This document shows positions 13,874 through 26,967 of a stretch of 64,000 nt of DNA, piece after piece; the first letter of the stretch is position 1, and every line of letters begins with the position of its first letter. Both the position numbers and the translations under genes were made by a program. The stretch comes from Eledone cirrhosa (taxonomy: Eukaryota). The DNA lies in the NCBI GenBank assembly GCA_964016885.1, contig OZ024763.1, forward strand, positions 11,098,001 to 11,162,000. The letters run 5' to 3'. The notes below the pieces were generated by a model. The model had not been told where the DNA came from and ran no database searches. It saw nothing but the letters and a program-made list of their open reading frames with translations.

Positions 13874-14115
13874 GTGGTAACACAACAGTTAGTTCACCAT
13901 ACCGAGTACAATTGTTTCACCTTAGCGGATCCTTCCTCAGCTCGTAATGGACATGGTTATACGTATAACCATGTGCATTACGAGCTGAGGATCCGCTAAG
14001 GTGAAACAATTGTACTCGGTATGGTGAACTAACTGTTGTGTTACCACTTCTACCTAATTCGTCCCATAGACTGAGTGCTCTACCACTACGGATATTACCT
14101 TCCAGTGTTCTACCT
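13869..14115. mobile_element. Family B fold-back element with two mirror hammerheads (13903-13944 minus, 13981-14018 plus)
   Basis: ~90-bp inverted arms; cgag-CTGAGGA-tccgctaaggt-GAAA-caattg-TA-ctcg; second copy at 26070-26320. Confidence 0.8.
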
Positions 14116-14308
14116 CTCTCTCTCTCTATATATATATATATAATATAATAATTGAATATAAAAGAGAGATAAACACAGATATATGCATATATGTGTTCAA
14201 ATCGCTAGGGTGAAAAAAAATACTAACTATGGACAATAGGGTTTGCCAGACTCAATTTAAGAATAAATCAAGAAAATAAATACAAACCAGAATTGTGGTA
14301 ACTACCAA

Positions 14309-14388
14309 TCACCCAGACAGCGTTTGGCTATGCTGTTTCGTAAATTAATTGTGAAGAGGATTACCAATTCTTACTCATCAGTGGGTGA
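14309..14388 (-). ncRNA. Canonical type I hammerhead with full helix III
   Basis: Minus strand: tcaccca-CTGATGA-gtaag...tttac-GAAA-cagc(atagccaaac)gctg-TC-tgggtga; 7-bp helix I, GUC triplet. Confidence 0.88.
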
Positions 14389-15759
14389 AGAATTAGAAAG
14401 CTCCTCATTTCCAAGTATATCAGAAAACTGAATAGTGTGCGTATATATAGTAACGCACATGGTATCTGAACTTAGCGTGTCTCACAAACCCACACCACTA
14501 AAAATGGCAGCCAGGTTTACTCGACATTTAAATTAGCTCAACAAATTAACGGGGCCGAATATATCAAAGGTATATATTGAGTATACTATATACAAAACGG
14601 TTTTTTCCTTTTCAGATAGACGCGCTCGATCACCGCCTTTTGAAACAAGTATATCATACACAACACACCAGCCTCAACAGTTTTACAAGAGATTGCAGCA
14701 TGAATGGAACTGATACGTTTCTCTAAAACTTTTTTTTTCCGCCCTGCCCATCTCCTCAATCTTTCTATTTCTTCTTTAATTTCTCAATCTATCTTCTGAT
14801 AAAGGACTAGCGTCCGAAACTTTAAAACTCTTTTCCTACTATATCAAGCTTAAAACCTATAATTTATTTCTTCATTGTACTGTGTTGTTTGCTTTGTTAT
14901 TTCTGTTTTCCTTTTGCGCGCGCGCGCACACACACACAAACACACACAAACACCCCCCCCCCACACACACACACACATTTATCAACAGAATGCCAGACTG
15001 GAAACTTCCTTTAATATCTTAATTCCGTGAAAACGCTATTTTAATGGCCCAGTTTCATGATCCGATCATGAGTCATGACTTAACGATTTCATCAGGTGTT
15101 GATTGCAGAATTAGTTACATAAGACAACAAGACTTGCTCGGGGTCGACCCATCTACTCAATATCCCTCACCAGACATGAATAAACCTGAAGGTAAAATAA
15201 ATAACTCTTGTCTAAGATGTCACACTGTAGGATTGAACCTGAGGCCTAATGATTGTGAAGTGGACTTCATAACCATTTGGCTATACTACATCCAAGTGTC
15301 CGGATGTATAATACGAGAAAATACGTGATCTCACTGACAGTCACTAGCCACCATTTTGAAGTTACAGTATCGTCTGAGGATATTAACTTTAGTGAAAGAC
15401 AATATCTTTTCACCTAATTAAAGGAGAGAATTCATTGAACATCGTAAGGTAGGCCAAGAAATTTATCATTCTTTTGATACACCTTTCATTGTTTTGATAC
15501 ACCTATCATTATATTTTAATACACCTGTCATTAGTAGAAACAATTATATTTTAATACATTAAACAAATTCCCCCCTCCCAATTGTACACTTGGTAAACGT
15601 CACTTATTTCCTTTATGCAACCATTTAAAAAAAAATAAAATTAAAAGTTTGTTATTTTCTTGAAAGACTGACACTTTGCTGCCTTTAACTAATCCAGGAA
15701 GGTCTTTTGTATTTCTGTTTTAGTACTGTTGTCGTTTCTTACTTTTGACGTTAATTCTT

Positions 15760-16840
15760 TTTCGGATTCGATTATCTTTTGTGATATCAATATTCGACTG
15801 TTGTAGGGAAAAACCCCTGAACACCCCCGCGTAACTAAAAGTGGACTAGGCGAAATGTCTATAAATAATAACTGAAGTGAACTGTTAGTAGATTGTGTAT
15901 ACAGAGTTTCATTGTAGACATCTCGTTGGTAGTTCGAAATTACGTCTGGGGAATACTTTGGTTTTACCTTCGGTCATACTGATATACTCACAGGTGGTAC
16001 ACAGCATTATAACTTCCACATAGTTGGAATTATTGTTTTTATTTTTCTATTGGACAGGATCTCTGCCAGTGATGTTAAGTTACTGTCCAGTGGGGTTACT
16101 CTTAACTACAGAAGAGCCATTTGACAGTCCATATTAGGTCGTTTTGCTGTTTTCACTGTTTGGACCATTCGTTTTATGAAACCATTCAGCTGTGGGTATC
16201 TTGGACTGGATATGATGTGAAAGAACTTCATTTCTGTGGCGAAGTTGTGGAACTCATTCGACAGAAAAAACCGTATTTCCCGGCGTCGAAGACGCTGCTT
16301 TTTCCCCCTAAAATAAGTCTAAAAAATCTACCATGCGTCTTGGAGGTCGAATGTTGTTGTTTTTATTTTTTATTTTTGGTTGTCAAAATTAGAGTGCGTC
16401 CTCGAGGACGAAGCGTCTTCAGCGCCGGGAAATACGGTATGTGGCATTGTCCATATACAGGCGTTCTAAACGGTGAAGATTGCTTTGAAATATTCGATGT
16501 TGTTTGAGCTAGTGAGGCTGTTGATAGTCTTGACAAAAGGTATTTAGTTGTATTGATCTGCAACAAGTAAACATTGTTGACCGTTGAAATAAAAAAATGT
16601 CAGCCGCAACATTTTGGAATGGTTTCATTGGGTTTATTATTATTATCACCATTTCTTTGGTATTTCTTCTTTGGTGCTCATTGCATATATCACATGACCT
16701 TACTAACTTTTCAATGCCTTTGTTCATACCTCTCCAATAAACACTATTCCTTGCTATCAGTTGATATGTTTCAACTCCTTGATGTGTGTCACGAATTCTT
16801 TGAAGACTGTTTTGAATATGTTTGGCATGACTATACATTC
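15760..16840 (-). pseudogene. Ty3/Gypsy integrase remnant
   Basis: HQGVET..ARNSVYWRGM..CDIC zinc-binding motif, PFQNVAADIF, and after the MITE, ISSPRYPQLNGFIKRMVQTVK. Confidence 0.85.
16271..16437. mobile_element. Tc1/mariner (pogo/Tigger-like) MITE inserted in the integrase remnant
   Basis: TIRs ccgtatttcccggcgtcgaagacgct / agcgtcttcagcgccgggaaatacgg; the integrase reading resumes on both sides. Confidence 0.8.
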
Positions 16841-17189
16841 ACCGCTTTGTGGTATTAGTTCAGACTCTCTGCTCTCTGAGTTCAAATCCCGCCGAGGTCA
16901 ACTTTTCCTTTCATCAATTCGAGGTCGATAAAAAAAGTACCAGTCAAGTTCTGGGGGGGGGGGTCAATTCTTCCTCTATATCTCTTTTTCACTTGCTTTC
17001 TCTCACCCTCTATCCTTCTCTGGAAGAAATCTCCTGTGTTCAGACTTGGAGAGGGATGGGCTCCGCCAAGCTTAAAATGGCCAAGAAACGCCGTATGCCG
17101 CTACAGCGTCCCTACGACGCTACACGAAGTTACGGGTCCATACCATATATCCACATTTAGTCACTAAACTCTTTTGTACTGATAGGTAT

Positions 17190-17372
17190 ATGGCAGTATC
17201 GGTAGAGGGTCGGACGACATGCTTTGACGCGTAGAGTTACGACCCTTGACATTCTGATTTCAAATCCCGCCGAGGTTAACTTTGCCTTTCATCCTTACGG
17301 GGTCGATAAAATAAAGTACCAGTAATGTACTGGGTAATTTCTGGCCTTGTGCCAAAAGTAGAAACAATTATT
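17190..17372 (+). mobile_element. tRNA-derived SINE with MetaSINE-like central domain
   Basis: A/B-box-like tggcagtatcggtagag...ttcaaatcc followed by gcctttcatccttacggggtcgataaaataaagtaccag; copies at 16842-16960 (+), 25410-25627 (+), 39120-39292 (-), 39648-39752 (-), 44125-44177 (-). Superfamily assignment is from recollection. Confidence 0.75.
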
Positions 17373-17560
17373 TCAATGACTAGTAGTTTCTTATAAGTTT
17401 CCGTACATCTTCTATAGTTTCCGGCCGTTCATTTATTATTTGTTTTAGTTTCTTCATCTAGTTTGTTGACAGTCGAGTTAAACCTCATACAATTGTCCCC
17501 AATCTATATATAAATTTGAGTGACTCCTGTCCGTCCTTCCGTCACACAATGGTTGTGATA

Positions 17561-18168
17561 ACTGAGGAAGGAAGGGGTGATGACGTCACACACTAGAGAT
17601 GACTGAGGAAGGAAGGAAGGGGTGACGACATCACACACTAGAGATGACTGAGGAAGGAAGGGGTGACGACGTCACACACTAGAGATGACTGAGGAAGGAA
17701 GGGGTGACGACGTCACACACTAGAGATGACTGAGGAAGGAAGGGGTGACGACGTCACACACTAGAGATGACTGAGGAAGGAAGGGGTGACGACGTCACAC
17801 ACTAGAGATGACTGAGGAAGGAAGGGGTGACGACGTCACACACTAGAGATGACTGAGGAAGGAAGGGGTGACGACGTCACACACTAGAGATGACTGAGGA
17901 AGGAAGGGGTGACGACGTCACACACTAGAGATGACTCAGGAAGGAAGGGGTGACGACGTCACACACTAGAGATGATTGAGGAAGGAAGGGGAGATGACGT
18001 CACATACTAGAGATGACTGAGGAAGGAAGGGGAGATGACGTCACACACTAGAGATGATTGAGGAAGGAAGGGGTGACGACGTCACACACTAGAGATGATT
18101 GAGGAAGGAAGGGGTGATGACGTCACACACTCGAGACGATTGAAGTAGGAAGGGGTGATGACACACTG
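17561..18168. repeat. 41-bp minisatellite, ~14-15 copies
   Basis: Unit gactgaggaaggaaggggtgacgacgtcacacactagagat. Confidence 0.95.
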
Positions 18169-18494
18169 ATGCAGGCTGCTACCACTGTTGTTATGACTAC
18201 CTCATACTACTCCTCTCTCTCTACGTTTGATGCAGGCTGCTACCACACATACACACATACATGTCAGCGTGTTGAAAGAAATCCTAGTCTTTATAAGCTT
18301 CGCGCTTGTTTTCGTTCGACCATATTAGGTAACGGGGTTTTTGATGACGCCATCTTTGACGACGCCGTTCAATTCCGCTCAGTTGGACACATTTGAACAA
18401 AGAAAAAAATTAGCTTCCTTACCGTATTGTTATCACCTTTGTAACTGTTTGACTTTCAAGTTAGTCTTTAGTCTTTAGGAATAAGTGGGCGGAC

Positions 18495-18740
18495 AAGAAG
18501 GACAAGAAGAAGGAGGAGAAGAAGAAACAGAAGAAGAAGACACCAAAGAAGAAGACGAAGAAGAAGAAGAAGAAAGAAGGCAAAGAAGACGAAAAAGAAG
18601 CCAAAGAAGAAAGAAGACAAAGAAGAAAAAAGAAGAATGCGAAGAAGAAGAAGAAGAATGCAAAGAAGAAGAAGAAGAAAACGAAGAAGAATGCAAAGAA
18701 GAAGAAAAAGAAGAAAGAAGAGATGAAGACGAAGAAGAGT
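18495..18740. repeat. (GAA)n-rich low-complexity tract
   Basis: Degenerate GAA triplets. Confidence 0.9.
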
Positions 18741-19454
18741 CTTTAGATGTGAATGTCATACCACAGCCTCACTATCACCATGACACGTGGTTTACTCAAA
18801 TGTTGACAGATCTTTAAACATCTTACTTTATTTCACCATCTTGGTTTAATATTAAATCACGTGACATCCTTTTTTAAAGCACGCGCAAAGGGAGATGATT
18901 TATGAAATATTGAACATTTATAAGGAAATAAAAACAGTACTCAATACAGAAAACAGGGTTACATTGAATATTCAAGTGTCTTCTGTGGTTATAAAAACGG
19001 AAAAGGAAGGGACTGGCAAGAGCTCTAGGGTCACAGAAGAATGGGAGGGGGGAGGGGTAATGAGGCTGCGACCCGCGGACAATATGAAATATTCAATGGA
19101 AACATCATGTTATATTGGGTACCATTTACCACAGACTCGACATTGTCAGTGAAATTTATTAGACAGAAACTGTTTGGAAGTTCGCTGGAATTGAAAAAAA
19201 GCCAGCCTTATCACACGCACACACACATTATCATGCTGAATCTTCCTGAGAATTACATTAAGGGTAGCCATGTTTGCGGAATGCTCAGCCACTTACGCGT
19301 CAATTACCTGACCAGACTGTCCCACAGATCGAACAACTGGAACGCTCATCGTCGAAACTGAAGGAGACCCATCGCATCATTATGATACGTGATTTGCTAC
19401 CCAGCACCTACATCATCACCACAAACACCAGTAACATCCCGACTGACGATGACA

Positions 19455-20000
19455 AGTACTACCACCACCAATACCACCACCAATACCACCAACACCACCA
19501 CCACTACTACCACCAACGCCACCACCACCACCACCACCACCAACACCACCACCACCAACACCACCACTACACCACCACCACCAACAACAACAAGATCACC
19601 AACACCACTACTACCACCCCCAACACCACCACCACCACCACCACAACCACTATCACCACCACCACCTACACCACTACTACCACCACCAACACTACTACTA
19701 CCACCACCACCTCCACCACTACCACAACCACCACCACCACCACCTCAACAACCACCACCACCACAACCAACACCACTACCACCATCACCACCAGTAACAC
19801 CACCACCACCACAATCACCACCACCAACAACAACAACACTACTACCACCACCAACACCACCTCTACCACCACCACCACCACCAACCTCACTACTACCACC
19901 ACCACCGCCACCACCACCACTACTTCTACCACCATCACCACCACTACCACCACTAACATAACCACCACCACCACCACTACTACCACCTCCACCACCACCA
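19455..20000. repeat. (ACC)n-rich low-complexity tract
   Basis: Degenerate ACC/CAC triplets; similar tracts at 10860-11090 (GGT) and 31785-32450 (GTT/GCT). Confidence 0.9.
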
Positions 20001-20701
20001 GACATAATTAGTTATTCTTACGTCTTATAATTTGTTCTTAATACCAAATTCTGAAAGTTTCTTCATAAATTATGAATTCGATAAATCTTTTATTCTTCTT
20101 AATCTGAAATCCTCTAATTCTCCTTGATCCGTAATTCCTTCATTCCAAGCACAACAACAAGGATAAAGAAATAAATGAAAAATATAATAAAAAGGTTCAG
20201 CTGTCTTTTAATGTTATCAATAACAGAAGCCTATAGTCCAGGGTGTCATAGAGACAGTGTTTGGAGGGTCGTATTCTACTAGGGACTACCCACACACACA
20301 CATGCACTAACATACACACACATGCACTAACACACACACACACACACATACATGCACTAACACAGATACACATGCACGCACACACATTCTCTCTCTCATA
20401 CTCACATACACAGTATATGTATATCCCCCCCCCATAACTTCCAATAGTTATTGACACACTGGTGCTAGACATTGTCTTTAATGTGTAGAAATGTCCGTAA
20501 TCTCCAGCAGACAACTGATGACGGGATTGTCTCCCGTTTGCGCTTTCCTTTTATTTCTAGATTCACTTTATCAAGTAACCACACAGCTCCCTGTTACTTC
20601 CAAAATGTATATATATATATATATATAGCATACAGTGTATTGCAAAATACACTATATATACATTCATATATATATATAGCTATTAAAGAGCACCAATTCT
20701 T

Positions 20702-20772
<71 letters not shown>

Positions 20773-20981
20773 ATGTAAATAACAATCAAAGAGTTTGAAA
20801 CATTTAATCACTTACGATCGTTTCAGCCTAACAGCATAACCGGATTTAACAAAGGTCAAACACAAATATAAGATCAAAACTTTGTCACAAGAACATTAGG
20901 AGGATACATAATACGGGACGCTAGATAAGCATAAGTATCACAATTTATATAAGATAACAGAGGTGGAAGAAGCATATGAAG

Positions 20982-21480
20982 AAAAGGAGTATATAAATGC
21001 AATAAAAGGAACATATAAATGCAATAAAAGGAGCATATAAATGCAATAAAAGGAGTATATAAATGCAATAAAAGGAGTATATAAATGCAATAAAAGGAGC
21101 ATATAAATGCAATAAAAGGAGTATATAAATGCAATAAAAGGAGCATATAAATGCAATAAAAGGAGCATATAAATGCAATAAAAGGAGCATATAAATGCAA
21201 TAAAAGGAGCATATAAATGCAATAAAAGGAGTATATAAATGCAATAAAAGGAGCATATAAATGCAATAAAAGGAGCATATAAATGCAATAAAAGGAGTAT
21301 ATAAATGCAATAAAAGGAGTATATAAATGCAATAAAAGGAGCATATAAATGCAATAAAAGGAGCATATAAATGCAATAAAAGGAGCATATAAATGCAATA
21401 AAAGGAGTATATAAATGCAATAAAAGGAGTATATAAATGCAATAAAAGGAGTATATAAATGCAATAAAAGGAGCATATAA
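20982..21480. repeat. 22-bp minisatellite, ~22 copies
   Basis: Unit ataaatgcaataaaaggag(c/t)at. Confidence 0.95.
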
Positions 21481-22176
21481 AAGCATTATAAATAAAAAAT
21501 AAAAAAAATATGCTGCTACAGAAGGGTTAAGTACAGTGAAAAACATATATCATAAGTAGTTAAGAAAATTAATAAAGTTAATAAAAGAAGGCATGTAATT
21601 CATATATAAATTTTAAAATAGATCTCCCAAAAAATACTTTCAATATTGCTATGAACTGTATGAACCCAGAAAGATCACCCAAGAGACTCTGTCTCCTCTA
21701 TTCAACTATGTGGTACCTTTGGATATGTCTTCATAACACTTCTGTCTATATTGGATTTTTTATGTAGCAGAGATATTTAATTTGTTGGAAATCCAACAAA
21801 TATAGATGTTTATAACTGATTCAGAGCACTCGACAGTTTCTGGGATAACTTTCCAGGGATAACTTGAACCGTTAAGGTATATTATCATTGGTCATGTCAA
21901 ATATTTATAAAACATTTTGTATTTTATCTGATGATGGCGTACCATCTTCAAAATCAGCCATCTCCGGCGCTACAGACCCCGCATTTCTTGGTTCCGTTGC
22001 TATGGCGACTACATATTTCAGTAATCTTCCAGCTGATGAGTTCGGTCATTAGGCTTTGAAACCTTACGTCGCCATCAACTGTATTGAGAAATTATATTTT
22101 AATAATTATATATATATATATAAATATATATATATACGATATTAATAAATGGAAACTATATTTATAAAACCATATT

Positions 22177-22241
22177 TATTTCATTATACATATTTCAGGG
22201 ATACCACATTAAATTATGGTATGCCTTCATCAGACAAAATA
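22177..22241 (-). ncRNA. Minimal type I hammerhead (family A)
   Basis: Reverse-complement near copy of 9849-9913, intact core. Confidence 0.85.
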
Positions 22242-22388
22242 CAATATATAACAGTTTTACAAATAAGCTTTGACGTACCCTATTAAAATGCAACCATTGT
22301 TTTTGGAAGTCATCCGGATAGTGTGCTTTATATCAGTTATAAAAATATTTACTTGTTGTATCCCAACAATTTAAAATAGTACTTTTGC

Positions 22389-22419
<31 letters not shown>

Positions 22420-22582
22420 GATATATATAGTTTAAGAATAAAAGAACAAAGAATCAGTGTTGCATCATAACACGTTACACATGTTTCACTGTTGATCAGC
22501 TTGAGGAGCAATCTATTATTGATCGAAAATGGATCTGGAATCGAAAGATCCTCAAATATGCCTCATATATAAGCTCGTCTTT

Positions 22583-22614
<32 letters not shown>

Positions 22615-22615
<1 letters not shown>

Positions 22616-22824
22616 ACGAAGGAAATGTGGTAAGGAACCAGATGGACCATAACGCACCAAAGTACTCAATACTTAGGGTAGTAGAGTGGGTAATAGGAAC
22701 GAGTAGGACCCCGACGGCTGAGCTCAAGCCGTTTCGACGGCTAATTCTGAACTCATTCTGGACTCACTCCAGAATTAGCCGTCGAAACGGCTTGAGCTCA
22801 GCCGTCGGGTTCCTACTCGTTCCT
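22615..22824. mobile_element. Family C fold-back element (3' half of an HHR in both arms)
   Basis: GAAA-cggc-ttgagctca-gccg-TC-ggggtc; copies at 26630-26796, 52109-52320, 57243-57438, 58447-58601 and 58933-59066 (single arm), all flanked by (TA)n. Confidence 0.8.
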
Positions 22825-22847
22825 ATATATATATATATATATATGAA

Positions 22848-22963
22848 GGCGTGTGGCTGAGTGGTTAGAGAATTGGATTCGCAATCGTAAGTTTGTGAGT
22901 TCGATTCCTGGACCAGGCGATGCGTTATGTCCTTGAGCAAGACACTTTATTTCACGTTGCTCC
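22848..22963 (+). mobile_element. tRNA-derived SINE (second family)
   Basis: A box tggctgagtgg, B box gttcgattcc, then gtccttgagcaagacactt; longer copy at ~25680-25970. Confidence 0.75.
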
Positions 22964-23060
22964 TTCTACCTGGAGTTGCGACCGATAGATAGTATTAGCA
23001 ATTGGGAAGACCAACGGAAACATTGTTCCCTCGGTCCGATTTGACGAAAGTCGATCGTTC

Positions 23061-23104
<44 letters not shown>

Positions 23105-23117
23105 TATATGTATATAT

Positions 23118-23434
23118 ATCAGTATATAGGGAGAAGTACAGATAGAGAAATGTGTTCAATCATAGAGGATCAAAAACCACCAGAGTGATGAACATATTAA
23201 CTACGGAAGGAATGGTGAATACAAATTAATAAAAAAAATATATCAAAGTCTACTAACCATCCAATTATAACTATATCACCAGGACACGCTATAAAAAGTG
23301 AAGAATATATATTGTAGATATTCTTTTAATTTATTTATTCACCATTCCATCTGTAGTTAATATGTCCGTCACTGTGGTGGGTTTTGATCCCCTATCATTG
23401 AACAGATATCTCTGTGTAATTCTCTCTATATTGA
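23118..23434. repeat. Diverged inverted repeat (~125-bp arms)
   Basis: gttcaatcatagaggatcaaaaaccacc..catattaactac..ggaatggtgaata versus tattcaccattcc..gtagttaatatg..ggtgggttttgatcccctatcattgaac. Confidence 0.75.
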
Positions 23435-23543
23435 TTTATAAAGAGCCTGGAATCTATTCCTTGAGCTTATTAAATTATAGTGGATAAATGTGAGTCTTTA
23501 ACTCCGGTTTTTAATTTGATATATATATATATATATATGTATG

Positions 23544-23629
<86 letters not shown>

Positions 23630-23821
23630 TGTATGTATATATATTATAGAGAGAGAGAAATGGCTGACTGAATACACACGTGCTTTTTCTCACTCTATTT
23701 ATATATTTAATCTTTTATTTCTCATTTTTTCATTTGATGAAAGATTCTTTTCCTACTATATCAAGCATTCAACTCATATATTTCTTTATTGCGCTGTGTT
23801 GTTTCCGTTTACTTTTTACAT

Positions 23822-23892
<71 letters not shown>

Positions 23893-23937
23893 GTGACGAA
23901 ACATAAGTCAATTGCATGAACTCATAATCCTTTATTT

Positions 23938-23993
23938 ACTGCTATATATATTTCGATGATAGCCATTGAATGGCTATGACCTCATCAGGCAGT
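23938..23993 (-). ncRNA. Minimal type I hammerhead
   Basis: Minus strand: actgc-CTGATGA-ggtcatagccat-tca-atggctatcatc-GAAA-tatata-TA-gcagt. Confidence 0.85.
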
Positions 23994-25300
23994 TAGTCAA
24001 TTCTTAGATATGCTAGCTCTGTGTTTATGGTGTTGATGGTATCAGAGCCTTGGGACATATGAGCTTGTTAGGAATAATTTAATGTTGTCAGCAGGAATAG
24101 TCTTAATTCTCATTGGTCAGGTTGTAGATGCTAGTAGGGTTGGTATTTGACCTCAAAGAGGCAGGTGGTGTTGTAAAGTTCAAACCGTCAGGCAAGATGA
24201 CAATAGTTCCATATGACTGATTTTCACAAAAAGCATTCCTGGTCAGATATATATTCAATTAAGGTTAATAGTATGAAATAGATACTACAGGTCATTCTTA
24301 AATTGAGGAATTTATATAGGGTGGTACTACTGAAAATTATGGTTAGAGTAGAATACTAGAAAATTTACATATAAAAAGACTTATGTTGGTTGACTTGCAC
24401 ATACATTCACACCCACCCCCACAGACACACATCCACACATACAAATTGAGGAATTTATGTGGGGTGATAATACTGAAAATTATGGTAAGAGTCAAATACT
24501 TAGAGAGTTTAGAAATAAAAAGACTTATGTTGGTTGACTTGTACATACACTCACACCTACCCCCTCAGACACACACACACATCTACACACACAAATCCAT
24601 ACAGGTGTGTATATATATATATATGTACGCACAAGTGCATATATATATACGACAGAGGCCCCCAAATCCAAGTATAAGGCAGACATAAAACTGGGTGGGT
24701 GTTATTTTTAAAGAAAAGTAAAGTGGGCGTTTGGAAAAGTTATTGTTTAGACTAGACAAAGTAGAGTGTGATATATATATATACCTCCATCCCCTCTTTT
24801 CCTCCTCTCTCGTTTTTTAAAATCCCGGGTATGTGTTTCCTTGATATTTCAGTTTTCTTCAAAATTATCAGAGATAAAATGTCTGTCAGTAATAACTCTA
24901 TCGCTAACTGCCGTTGGGTGTCTGGTCTTTGTTTTCAAGATTTTTGTTTAAACAATTTTTTTTTATATCCCAAATTTCTTTATAATAATTGCTTTGAACA
25001 GTTGTCAGAAAAACACCACTAATTCCACCGCCGCCATTTTCTTTTACAAATAAGAAAAAAACAAAACAAAAAATTTGAGACGGTCACATGACCACATTGC
25101 AATCTATTAATATATTAAGAAATATAAATAGAATTTAAAGAAACACACATGAAACAAGAAAATTTGAAAATGAAATAAATTAATTTGAAAAATAATTTGC
25201 AAAACAAAAATAGATTTTAAAATAAATTTGTTTGAAAACAAATGAATTTGGAAAGCAAGATAAATAATTTTTACGAGAAAATTTGAAAAAATATATATAT

Positions 25301-25680
25301 GCAAGTATGGCTGTGTGGTTAGGGAGTTCGCTTGGTAACAAGGTAGTTCTGGGATAAGTCTACCTGCACGCCACCTTGGACAATGTGTTCTATTATTGTC
25401 TCAAGTTGAAGGGCGGTGGATTGGCAGTATCGGTAGAGTCGGACACCATGCTTTGCAGCATAGAGTTACGGCTCTTTACGGTCTGAGTTCAAATGCCGCC
25501 GAGGTTAATTTTGCCTTTCATCTTTACGGGGTCGATAAAATAAAGTACCAGTAACGTACTGGGGTCGATTTAATCGACTTTCCCCCCAAAAATATAAATT
25601 ACTGGCCTTGTACCTATACTAGAAATCATTATTGTCTCAAGTTGACCAGTGCCTAGTGATCAGATATAGGTGGAGATATG
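25301..25680 (+). mobile_element. Old SINE (third family) interrupted by a MetaSINE-like insertion
   Basis: tggctgtgtggt..ccaccttggacaatgtgttcta; insert flanked by an 18-bp TSD attattgtctcaagttga (25392-25409, 25628-25645); related minus copies at ~60030-60203 and ~15190-15290. Confidence 0.65.
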
Positions 25681-25967
25681 GAGTCACAGGCGTGAGATGG
25701 TGAGTTCGATTCCTGGACCGGGGGGGGGGCGTTGTGTCCTTGAGCAAGACACTTTATTTCACGTTACATCAGTTATTCAGCTGGATAAAATAAGTTGTGA
25801 TGTGACTGGGGCCAAGCTGTATCGGTCTTTGGACAACATCGGTGGTGTGGAGAGGGGAGACTGTTATGCACGGGCGATTGCTGGTCTTCCACATAAACAC
25901 ACCACCCCCGGGCTTGTACTACATCGGAGGGGAACTTTCTAGGTGCAAAACTCATGGCCATTTGTGA

Positions 25968-26024
<57 letters not shown>

Positions 26025-26185
26025 GGAGAGGGAGAGGGAGAGGGAGAGAGAGAGGGAGAGAGAGAGGGAGAGGTAATAACACAACAGTTAGTTCACCATA
26101 CCGAGACCAATTGTTTCACCTCGTGCGGATTTTCAGCTCGGGCTGGTAGGGGTTATACTTCCTGTTCCGTATTACCCCTACCCGT

Positions 26186-26225
26186 CCGAGCTGAAGATCC
26201 GCTAAGGTGAAACAATTGTTCTCGG
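26186..26225 (+). ncRNA. Minimal hammerhead (family B)
   Basis: ccgag-CTGAAGA-tccgctaaggt-GAAA-caattg-TT-ctcgg; degenerate mirror copy at 26101-26141. Confidence 0.7.
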
Positions 26226-26388
26226 TATGGTGAACTAACTGTTGTGTTATTACTTCTACCTAACTCGTCCCACGGATTGAGTGCTCTACCACTACGGATA
26301 TTACTTTCCAGTCTTCTACCTATATATATACATATATATATATATAAATGATATTAATAAATGTAAACTATATTTATAAAACCATATT

Positions 26389-26449
26389 TATTCTATTATA
26401 TATATTTCAAGGGTACCCAAACTTTGGTACGCTCTCATCAGATAAAATA
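26389..26449 (-). ncRNA. Minimal type I hammerhead (family A)
   Basis: Reverse-complement near copy of 8358-8417, intact core. Confidence 0.85.
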
Positions 26450-26544
26450 CAAAGTTTGTTTTATAAATATTGACATATCCAGGAATGAGACCTTAACGGT
26501 TCAAGTTTTTCCTGAATTACCAACAAATTAAATATCACTTTGCT

Positions 26545-26630
<86 letters not shown>

Positions 26631-26794
26631 ACAAAGACAATGTGGTAAGATACCAGGTGGACCCTAACGCACCAGAGTACTCGATACTATGGGCAATAGA
26701 GTGGGTAATAGGAAAAGAGTCAGGACATCGACGGTTGTTCGGATCTAGCTCTCGAAACGGCCGGAGCTCAGCCGTCGGGGTCCTGACTCTTTTA

Positions 26795-26833
<39 letters not shown>

Positions 26834-26967
26834 AAATGCTGGGAGAACAACCACCAGTTTCTCTGCGTGAACGTTCAATAATCGTTGAAGTTAAAAAAGT
26901 GTCCCCAGGACTGGTGCTCCCATTATGGCCAACTATGCCACAGACCCCAGAGAGGTCTGTGGCATAG

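Larger units (their letters stand above)
17503..19370 (+). mobile_element. Possible Helitron derivative carrying the 41-bp array
   Basis: 5' A|TCTATATATAAATTT..ccgtcacac resembles the 5' end at 37996; faint helicase-like residue near 19230-19360 (CLRNAQP, LTRLS, IEQLE); no 3' end found. Confidence 0.4.

Noticed and set aside
19274-20011. Mucin/extensin-like Thr/Pro/His-rich ORFs (also 18485-18817 and 31627-32493)
   Set aside because: Translations of triplet microsatellites.
22848-22925. tRNA gene
   Set aside because: No complete cloverleaf; it continues into a SINE body.
24300-24600. ~143-bp tandem duplication
   Set aside because: Ordinary local duplication with no further signal.
25020-25045. 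YY1-like CCGCCATTTT, and ETS-like CGGAAGT near 3501, as promoters
   Set aside because: Single short motifs with no identifiable exon.
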